DNA from: Octopus vulgaris
Taxonomy: Eukaryota
Assembly: GCA_951406725.2 (NCBI GenBank)
Contig: OX597815.1
Span: forward strand, 88,722,001-88,786,000
Direction of reading: 5' to 3'
DNA length: 64,000 nt
Under the pieces are notes generated by a model. That model saw nothing but the letters and a program-made list of their open reading frames with translations, made no database searches and was not told the DNA's origin. The translations under genes and the position numbers were made by a program. This document shows positions 53,997-64,000 of the stretch, one piece after another. Every line of letters begins with the position of its first letter. Positions within the stretch are counted from its first letter, which is position 1.

Positions 53997-54096
53997 NNNN
54001 NNNNNNNNNNNNNNNNNNNNNNNNNNNNNNNNNNNNNNNNNNNNNNNNNNNNNNNNNNNNNNNNNNNNNNNNNNNNNNNNNNNNNNNNNNNNNNNN
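53997..54096. other. Assembly gap (100 N)
   Basis: Run of N. Confidence 1.
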
Positions 54097-54214
54097 TGAA
54101 ATACATATAGGTTTGATAATAGAATATTCTGTTAATAAAGCAAAACAGGTAGAGGTCTTTGCTAGGTTAAGTAATTTTACTCTGCTGTAGGAGTTCACAA
54201 GCTATGGCATATAT

Positions 54215-54283
<69 letters not shown>

Positions 54284-54640
54284 ACACATACACACAAATA
54301 CTGTATGTATAATCATATATGCGTTTATATGTTTATCAATGTGTACAAATAATTCCTGCAACTTGTTTAGGGGAACATGATATAACCTCCTTAAAATAAA
54401 GCACTCAAAATGTCTATAGTGGTTATATATATATTAGGAAGTCACAATTTACGTCTGTCATAGAGTTGTCTTTGGTATCGAACCTTTATAGCGCTTAGCA
54501 GAACAGGTGACTTGTCAGACACAAGTGGCTGAAAGCGCATCCAATGGTTACAATATGACTTTTAACTTACTAAATCCATATTTACTGCTCTAATGCTTAA
54601 AAAATATTTTCGGATATGTGAACTACTGACAATTTATATA

Positions 54641-54760
54641 CCGATAGAATAAGTACTAGGCTTACAAAAGAATAAGTCCTGGGGTCGATTTGCTCGACTA
54701 AAGGCGGTGCTCCAGCATGGCCACAGTCAAATGACTGAAACAAGTAAAAGAATAAAAGAG
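54641..54760 (+). mobile_element. 5'-truncated family B SINE (3' part)
   Basis: ccgatagaataagtactaggcttacaaaagaataagtcctggggtcgat...ggcggtgctccagcatggccacagtcaaatgactgaaac matches 2572-2680. Confidence 0.9.
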
Positions 54761-54904
54761 ATATGATGTTTTATTAAAACAGTTCTTAATACAAAATCGC
54801 TTTTTGTTTTTGTTGGGTTCACTCTCTTAAGGTTTGAATCTAATAAGATCTGAACAGTTATTGGTCTTATATAGAGAACAATTGCACCATATATTTATTC
54901 CTTC

Positions 54905-55482
54905 ATTGCCCACACGGGGATAAACATAGAGGGGACTAACAAGGACAGATAAAGGGATTAAGTGGATTACATTGACCGCAATGCGTAACTGGTACTTAGT
55001 TAATCGAGCCAAAAGGAGGAAAGGCAAAGTCGACCTCGGCGGAATTTGAACCCAGAACGTAGCGGCAGACGAAATACCTATTTCTTTACTACCTACAAGG
55101 GGCTAAACACAAAGAGGACAAACAAGGACAGACAAACGGATTAAGCCGATTACATCGACCCCAGTGCGTAACTGGTACCTAATTTTATCGACCCCGAAAG
55201 GATGAAAGCAAAGTCGACCTAGGCGGAATTTGAACTCAGAACGTAGCGGCAGACAAAATACCTATTTCTTTACTACCCACAAGGGGTTAAACACAAAGAG
55301 TACAAACAAGGACAGACAGATTACATCGACCCCAGTGCGTAACTGGTACTTAATTTATCGACACCGAAAGGATGAAAGGCAAAGTCGACGTCGGCGGAAT
55401 TTGAACTCAGAACGTAGCTGCTGACGAAATACTGCTAAGCATTTCGCCCGGCGTGCTAACGATTCTGCCAGTTTGCTGCCCT
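54905..55482 (-). mobile_element. Multimeric family A SINE (head + 3 tandem units)
   Basis: Three repeats of aaagtcgac.tcggcggaatttgaa..cagaacgtagc..cagacgaaatac with the acaaacaaggacagac module; single head at 55430-55482. Confidence 0.9.
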
Positions 55483-57379
55483 CAATTGCATCATGTATTG
55501 GTGATGCTTCACACTTGGTCCCATTTCGAGTTTCTTTAGATATCATAATAATGTTCCTGTTCTTCTAATAATTAGACTATGTACCACTCTTAATGTGTTT
55601 GTCTCTTCTTTCGTCATTCATTCCTTGTAAACCCACAGACATGACATTAAATGATACATAAATTTCCTCTTCTTCATTAATCCAACGAATTAGAATTCTC
55701 TCTCTTCTCACATTTCCAGTACAGAATCATAGAAGTTCATGTTTGACAGCAATTGCTTCCAGTACACTAGTGAATAAGTTTTTGTAAACTAAGGTACCTG
55801 GCCCTCCTCTTCGGTTTCAAACATATAAGAAATTTGAGATTTTCCCTATGATTCCATAAACGACAAATAAAAGCACAACACAAATACAAATTTTCCGCAT
55901 TTAACACGAATTTCGTGTGTAACTGAATCAGACGCTGTCGACTTTTACTGTTTTTTTTTTTTCACTAAACCATTCTGGAATTTCACGTTTGTTTTCTAGC
56001 ATTTGTTAACAAAAATGCAATGAATCTCATTGATGGAAATTTTAATGTATTATTTGTACAAGCTTCTGAAGATCTATGTCTATAAAAGAAAACACCTAAT
56101 CAATAATCTGCAAGTCTTCATTATTTTTCTAATCAATAATCCATGATTCTCCATTTATTATTGGCTACAGATAGGTCTGTTACAATCACATCCTGTTAGA
56201 ATCACGCGTTTTCGAGTCAGCAGATACACCGATTTAAAAGTCAGACTTTAGTCTCTGATGAGGTCAGTTTTTGAACTTAGCATAAGAAATGTGATAAACA
56301 GTTTTATAAAACATATGAAATTATTTCGCTTGTTAATAATACTATGTCCAAGTTTATCATAAAACGATAGATAGATGGGATCATACATTTTTGATATTTA
56401 TAGATATGTGTGAGTTGAAGAATCAAAATTTGAATCGAAAATGTTATAGTGTTATCCTGAATCTAACAAATGATTCCAATTCAATGTCAATATCCATCAA
56501 CACCATATTATAATGCGGAAATGAAGAAATATATAGTTAAGCACCAATATTTACAAAATCGGCAAAAAAAATTGTTTAAGTTTATAAAACATATTTTCAG
56601 AGGCAGTGGAAGCAATGTAGTGAGCAAATAACCTGGAAACGAGATGAATACGAGTGAATAGAGAGAAAAATAAATCAAGTGAGTGTTAAAAGTAGAAAAA
56701 TGGCTCATGTGCTATATACAGAGTAAAAGAAAACCAATGAGTGAAGAATTGAAAGTGGAAGATAGGGATTGAAGATGGCAGCAGGAGCATTAGATAAATG
56801 CCATAAGCGTATAAGAAGTGAATAAAGAACAAGAAGAGGGAAAGAGAGAAGTAAAACTCAAGTAACACAGTTCAGAAAAAATAAGTCGTGCTTGACGAGG
56901 AAGTCTATAACTGAAAATAAATCAATTCTCTTTGGGTCTACGAAAACAGTAACACTCATGGTGCACGGTGACCACACACGACAAAATATGGTCTGCAGAA
57001 AAGCTTGGCAAACTGAAGTGTCACCTGTGTTTGAATTGTTCAATTTCTCTTCTCAGTTCACACGACAATACCCACTTATTTGACTATACTAACTTCTCTA
57101 TTCTGATAAAAACTCATCTTTTCTTAATGGCCTCACCACTGACTGTTATTCTTTAGCCTTGACATATTTAATTGCTATTATCTTTCGGGCTTCAATCGAA
57201 TTTTTCTGCTTATATTAATGTAACAGGTAACTGCTTAATTATTTCAGTAGCTGGATTAATTTTTATTCATGTAAAACATAGAATTTAGAACATATTACTT
57301 TTAATAATTTGGTTGTTTCTTTGTTTAATTTTTAGTTTTCTTACATTTATCTACCATAAAGAACCACTGATTTATGTGT

Positions 57380-57555
57380 TAAACAAAATGCTTTACAGTA
57401 TCCGTTGCAGTTCTTTACGTTCTGATCTCAAATCTAACCGGAGTCAACTTTCGCTTCCTCCTTCCGGTGTCAATAAAATAAAGTACCAACCAACCAATCA
57501 CTGGGGTCGATAAAATCAACAACATCCCAATTTTAGTTCTTGTGCTCTTATTAGA
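57380..57555 (+). mobile_element. Old family A SINE copy
   Basis: ctttacgttctgatctcaaat...tcaataaaataaagtacca...cactggggtcgat. Confidence 0.65.
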
Positions 57556-58411
57556 AATAAGTAATCTTATTGTTTGCACCTCCTACTTTTTTCTTATCAA
57601 ATTTAACCAACCAAGACTACACGCTAAACTTGTTGTGTGTCAAATAGGAAAAATGAGATACCTTATTCAAACCGAATTAAATTGATCTTCAACATAGTTA
57701 CATATTATAGACATGGATAAAACAATATATAATCTATCATAAAGTAAACTTAAAAATTATTTTCTATACATGAGTTAAGTTGATATATTAGGAAAACGTG
57801 TGATTTCATTCCGTATGGACTAAAATGAATTCTTTCCCTTCAGTGAAACATGTTTGTGCATCATTTCATTATAGATGTTACGAAATATTTTTATAGCAAA
57901 CGTTGCACTAATACACCTGATTTTAATTGAATTCACCACAAAATTACCGTAAGTTGTGCTTTTTCTCCGAAAATTTAAAAGCTAATTCTCTGGAGAAAAC
58001 AACATGCGTTTTAGAATATCTTACTGTTGGCGACTTATGAGTGTGTACTGTAATGCAAATCATTAATTACCATATGTTCAACTATTCGCATATTAACGCC
58101 CGAAGGCCTTGTTAAGTTGTGGGTTTTTAGTTTCATACCATCTTCGGCAAGAGCAAAAAGTTCAATGAATTAAATCTTGTTGATGACACATAGTTTATTT
58201 ATTATGCATTAATTATCTGTGAAATATCTTAAACATGAAAATAAACCACGTTTTTGTTTAATATTGATGTCTAAGTCGGGCCTTGTGCCTAGAGTAGAAA
58301 ATAATATTAATGTATAATGTGCTATATTACGTACTTCAAATTAATTCTGAAATAAGAACATTTAATTTAAATAACATTAAACAACTCACTGTTGTCTGTA
58401 TCATTAATCAA

Positions 58412-59113
58412 TCTATATATATAAAAGTGAAGTTGTGTGAGTGTCTGTCTCCTACGATTTAGATTCCTAACTACTCCCACATTTTGCGGTGCAGTTTAAC
58501 CAAATTCGGGTATCTTATAGTTGTGATTTATATCGAGCCCGTCTGGGTATTAGCGCGCGTCTACGATGAGTCTATGATTTTAAAAATAATTTACCATAAT
58601 TTTTTCCATTTTAACGCAAATTTTTTAAATAAAGGGCTCACACCTGCACCGGTGTTGCTTCTCCCCCTTCTTCCCTCCCTCGTGAAGCTGTGGGGAAGGG
58701 AGTGTAAGGAAATCAACGTCGTAAAGCGTTGTCAAGGAGACCAGCGTTCTTTTAGAACAACGACTTCATGGCTTGAAGACACCAAAACAGAAATGGCTAA
58801 GAAAGCCCGAAAGCAAATTCTACAAAATCGGGAAACACGCCACACAGGGAAGGTTTCCCGTGCAAATAATTTGCACAACCGAATGTTATAGTTGTTGCAC
58901 AACTTTTACTTAAAAAATATTATCCAAACACAAACTTTTTAAGGCAATATTGTATGGCGATGGTACTTGTGAAATATGGTAATGGATTTAGTAGCCAAAA
59001 GGAGAGAGCAGAGGCATAGTATGGTGGTGGTGGAGGCGGTGGTAGTGGCAGCGGTGGTGCTGGTGGTCGTGGTCGTGGTGGTCGTCGTGTTTGTGGTGGT
59101 GGTGGTGGTGTTG

Positions 59114-59145
<32 letters not shown>

Positions 59146-60022
59146 GGGGGGGTGATGATAGTGGTGGTGGTCGTCGTGGTGATGATGATGGTGGTGGTGG
59201 TGGTGGTGGTGGTCTTCGTGATGGTGGTGGTGATGGTCATGGGCGTAGTGGTGGTGGTGGTAGTGGTGATGGTGTTGGTCGTGGTGGTGGTGGTGGTGGT
59301 GGCTGACGCTGTCGTCTGGGTTCTTCCAATTTTTTCGTGTGTCGGTGGCGGCGTTGGCGTTCATGCTCGCACCTGCACCTGTGTAGCTCCTCCCCTTCTT
59401 CCCTCCCTCGTGAAGCTGTGGGGAAGGCAGGGTAGAGAAATCAACGTCGTAAAGCGTTGTCAAGGAGACCAGCGTTCTTTTAGAACAACGACTTCATGGC
59501 TTGAAGTCGCCAAAACAGAAATCGCTAAAAAAGCTGAAACAGATCCACAAAAACGGCAATTACCGCCACACAGGGCAGGTTTCCTGTGCAAACAATTTGC
59601 ACAATCGAATGTTTTAGTTGTTGCACAAATCTTTATATATAAAAGTGAAGTTGTGTGTCTGTCTCCTACGATTTAGATTCCTAACTACTCCCACATTTTG
59701 CGGTGCAGTTTAACCAAATTCGGGTATCTTATAGTCGTGATTCATATCGAGCCCTTCTGGGTATTAGCGCGCGTCTACGATGAGTCTACGATTAAAAAAA
59801 ATTTCCATAATTTTTTTCATTTTAATGCATTTTTTCGCTATTATATAAGGGAAGTAACTCTCTAAAAATGTCTACGATGAGTCAACGATTTAAAAAAAAA
59901 TTACCATAATTTTTTATTCCATTTTTAATGCATTTTTTGCTATTTTTTTGCTATAACTCTCTAAAAATGCTTATATAGTTATTTCCCTTACAAACCCGAG
60001 CAACGCCGGGCGATACTGCTAG
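58412..60022 (+). mobile_element. Non-autonomous Helitron (composite)
   Basis: 5' A|TCtatatatataaaag; 3' hairpin cccgagcaacgccggg (59995-60010) then CTAG|T at 60019-60022; no TSD; second 5' end at 59630. Confidence 0.88.
59020..59302. repeat. (GTG/GTT/GAT)n low-complexity tract inside the Helitron
   Basis: Direct inspection. Confidence 0.9.
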
Positions 60023-60574
60023 TTCTAAATAAAAATGATACGTACTTTTTCAAACACCAGCGGAGAATTTGAAACGTTCTTTTTTGTATAGTATGAAATC
60101 TGGAATCTCAGGAAGAGAGATAACAACTGCATTAACAAGAGGATGCAAGCTAATATATCTGACTAGGTCGTGACACTGCAGTATTAAGCTTTATTCACTG
60201 ATCATTTTCTGATACGTCATGTAGGCTGCGTCATCTCTACCATAATACAGTAATAAGAGAAGACGGAATGCTAAACTTAAATCGTATCGAAAACTTAGCC
60301 AGGATACCAGTAGCTCTTAATTTTGAACCAATTCTGCTTTTTGTTTCGGATGTAGCCACATAAATCTGAATCTATTGCCATAATATAAACATGTGCATTG
60401 TTAATTTTACAGGAAGCATCCCTATAGAATTCCAGATCTATGCATGATATAACAGTATAAGTACACTCTAGTTGTTGTCTACCTTCAGGTCAGTCTTCAC
60501 GAAACAATCCTATGATATGTAGTCCTACGGTGGAACTAATATGTACGATTTATTGTTGTATTCTTCTATGAATG

Positions 60575-60892
60575 TGAAGGGGCGTGGCTTAATAGTTAGG
60601 GCATACGGCTCGCGATCGCAGAGTCGTGAGCTGTGTCCTTGAGCGTTGTGTCCTTAATTTATTTCAGGACACAACGTAGCTCCAATCCACTCAGCTGCCA
60701 AAAATTAGTAGTACTTGTATATCAAAGGGCCAGCCTTTTTACAATTTGTGTCATGATGTATCTCTCCGAGAACTACGTTAAGGGTTCACATATCTGTGGA
60801 GTGCTCAGCTAGTTGCTCGTTAATTTCGCGAGTAGGCTGTTCCGTCGATCGGATCAACTGGAATCCTCGTTGTCGTAACCGACGGAATGCCA
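60575..60892 (+). mobile_element. tRNA-derived CORE-like SINE (family D)
   Basis: Head ggcgtggcttaatagttagggcatacggctcgcgatcgcagagtcgtgag, then tgtgtccttgagc CORE-like segment; tail cctcgttgtcgtaaccgacggaatgcc. Confidence 0.7.
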
Positions 60893-61365
60893 GTTACTTC
60901 CAGGTATACCATCTCTCCGCAAATCTGAGGAACTACGCTCCACAGGCAATTCATTATTCTTACCAGGTGCAGTGCAGAATGTTGCAGAGTCCCCTTTGTC
61001 CATTCTGTTTCTGGACATACTGCTGGTTGTCGGGCTACTTCAGAAGTTCGTAGAGTGGAGTGGCCCAGAGTGTGACAATTGTTCTCTCTGCTTTTATCAT
61101 TGACAACGATAATCTCTGTATACTGCGTACAGTTACCGAGTATATTGATGAGTTACTATGCTTGCGAGGACTCAATGGAATCAATACAAGTTTTTGTATA
61201 CATGATATATCTACAAAATTTATCATTTAGAATTCAAACTTCATTACACATACCAATTAGTTTCGTATTACTTCCCAGCAAAGAAAGCGTTAACGTCTGT
61301 ATAGCTGAAATATCTGATGCTCTAAACAAGAGGGTGATTTACCACTGGAATGTAATTACTATTAC

Positions 61366-61578
61366 ACTCTTTTACTTGTTTCAGTCATTTGACTGTGGCC
61401 ATGCTGGAGCACCGCCTTTAGTTAAGGAAATAGACCCCCGAGCTTATTCTTTGTAAGCCTAGTACTTATTCTATCGGTCTCTTATACCGAACCGCTAAGT
61501 TACAGGGACGTAAACACACCAGCATCGGTTGTGAAGCGATGCTGGGGGGACAAACACAGACACACAAACATATACACA

Positions 61579-61632
<54 letters not shown>

Positions 61633-61805
61633 CATTTTAACATACAAAAACTAATTGTTTTAGTCTACCAAATCCACTCACAAGGCTTACGTCGGCCCGA
61701 GGCTTTAGTGGAAGACACTTGCCCAAGGTGCCACGTAGTGGGATTGAACCCGGAACTATGTGGTTCGTAAGCAAGCTATTTACGACACAGCCATTCCCAC
61801 ACCTG
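61366..61805 (-). mobile_element. Full-length family B CORE SINE
   Basis: Reverse complement of 2287-2695 (ttgtttcagtcatttgactgtggccatgctggagcaccgcc ... cttgcccaagg ... acacagccattcc). Confidence 0.9.
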
Positions 61806-62638
61806 TTAACATGAAATTAATTTTAACATACAAAAACTAACAGTTTTAGTATGTTAGAACGAAAGGATATTCCGCTTTGTACGTAATCTAGAATTTCTCT
61901 TGGGATAAAAGAATAGTCAGAATACTCTGCTTATGTAAAAGTAATGCCTGAAGCTAAACGATGTTAATTTAGTGGTTTGTAAGATATGGTACAGAAAAAC
62001 AAGTGACATGTGCGTGAAAATTTAGCAGGATAATTCACCATGTACGGACACTTGTTCACTTTTTCAGTCAATCATATTCAGGCTAGGTAGAGACGCGGGG
62101 ACCTGCAAAATAACATTGGATATTTGTTGGGGCTGTTTAACCCCAAACCAACCCTGTTAAGTAAACTTTCGATCAAGCACCTTGCAGCCAGCATGACACT
62201 CACTTTACATAGCATCCGTTAGTGCTTTCGTTGCTGGATCTAGATCACTGTTCCCAAGAAATGACTTTGTTCGACGAATGATAAATAAGTTTAAAAAGGT
62301 AAATAATTTTAAAGTTATATCATGTAAACGCAAACTTGTATAGATTCAATTATTTTTTATGTAAGGAATATGCACCGAATGACACGTGCAATGTTTGTAA
62401 ACATACAACAGGTTATATTCTGCATTTATATACACGTTATATATATATATGCTAATCTATAAATATATATATTCATGGATACAACTCTTACACATACACA
62501 CACAAGCGCGCACACATGCACACACACATACTTGCGCTACAGATGCCAACATATGTGTTCAGCAATGCATGTACTTAATAAACTGCGTAATACGTCATTA
62601 GAAATGACGTAGGTACATAAAACCATGATAAATATATT

Positions 62639-62673
<35 letters not shown>

Positions 62674-63075
62674 TGTTCAAAATTATTTTCATATAATTAT
62701 ATCTACATGTACATACATTTACACAACTGTATATATATAGAAGCATGTATGTACATATGTGTATATATATATATATATGCTTATATGTCTATACAATTGT
62801 ATGTGCGTATAAAAATATATGTATGTGAGTCTATAAATATGTGTGCGTGTATGCACGTAAGTGTGTGTGTTATATCAATTAATTTTTTTTCAGTATGCAA
62901 ACAACTTCTAAAAGTAAACAACTGAAGTGAATGAACATAAACAGGTGTAATTATATTTATATATTATCTGTCTATCACAGACATTCTGCTTGTAACCCTC
63001 CTACTCTCTTTTAACCCGTCTTTCTCCTTCTCTCTCTGTGCCTCTCTACATATTTGTGTGTGTGTGTGCGCGTGT

Positions 63076-63111
<36 letters not shown>

Positions 63112-64000
63112 ATACATACAAAAGTAAACACAAAATGAATATAATCGTATATAGAATTAAATATAGAATATAGAGAAATTCCGAATTAATGTCTGATGAA
63201 AAAAATGTAATTGCATTCTTTGTCAAAAAAGAAAAAAAGTAACTACCTCTTTGAAGAGGATTTATAGAGATGGGAACGTTCAATAAGTAAATATACTAGT
63301 ATTGCTTACTGAAACGGATTGTAATTAAATTATATAAATATTACATCGTACTACATAGCTTGGTTTAAGGTGAAGTTGATAAGCCGCCGCACTCCTTGGC
63401 ATATAATAAAATTCTGTATAATAAAGTAATATGATAAAGTTTTATAATAAAGGTCTTAAATACGAAGAAGTTCGTATGCCGTTGGGAGACGAGAGTTCTA
63501 ACATTATTAAAATAGTTTTGCCGACGCAGAACATGAATAGTTTCTTTGGATTGTGGTTTTATATGGTTCGCTAGATAGATTGTTATTCTGTCATTGCCAG
63601 ACGCGGTATATATTGATAAAATATTTAAATCTTGCTGGTTGCAGCCAGAACACAAACCAAATCTGAGATTTTCCATAACTCCCAGAATTTCCCTGCCTAG
63701 CATTGCTTCTTATTTTCCTAATCTTGGAAAGATTTCATGACTAAATTTCACAAATTACTTCACACCCCAGTATAGCTGCACTGTTTCTTTCATTCAACGC
63801 TTTAAAATTATAAGCAAGATTTCTAAGATCAGTCCATGATGACCACGAATTACAATTACTTCACCAGTGCTTGTTTGATATTATTTTGTTGATACTTCCA
63901 AATTTCGGAATAAAGTCTACAGGCATGGAACCACCAATAATTAAAACTATCTTTTCATCATCCTTGTTCACTGTCCAAGTATTGTTAACTTGGGATGTGA

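Noticed and set aside
56255-56300. CTGATGA as a hammerhead core (similar hits at 4577, 41557, 50391)
   Set aside because: No closing helix II followed by GAAA and NUH; 50391 is LINE coding sequence
63365-64000. 112-aa minus-strand ORF and adjacent complex sequence at the window edge
   Set aside because: No recognisable motif; neighbouring frames are broken by stops; probably an old transposon remnant that I cannot assign

Overview
AT-rich, microsatellite-dense animal genomic DNA. It is most likely from an octopus (coleoid cephalopod), inferred from the tRNA-derived SINE families present. I found no convincing host protein-coding exon, tRNA/rRNA gene or CRISPR array, and nearly all listed ORFs are microsatellite or antisense artefacts. 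The window is mostly decayed transposons: three or four tRNA-headed SINE families (some in tandem arrays), R4/Dong, CR1/L2, Tx1 and Penelope-like retroelements, Tc1, maT (DD37D) and rosa-like transposons, a Merlin-like MITE with internal telomere-type repeats, and a non-autonomous Helitron. There is a 100-N gap at 53997-54096. The most notable item is an intact-looking type I hammerhead ribozyme (22978-23055). It sits partly inside a near-perfect ~190-bp inverted repeat next to a Penelope GIY-YIG fragment, and the opposite arm is complementary to the ribozyme's 3' half. Also notable: SINEs with a multimerised 184-bp internal module, a MITE whose core is inverted between two copies, a SINE-LINE shared 3' tail, and a Helitron with two 5' ends. 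Family names come from motif recognition and were not checked against a database.
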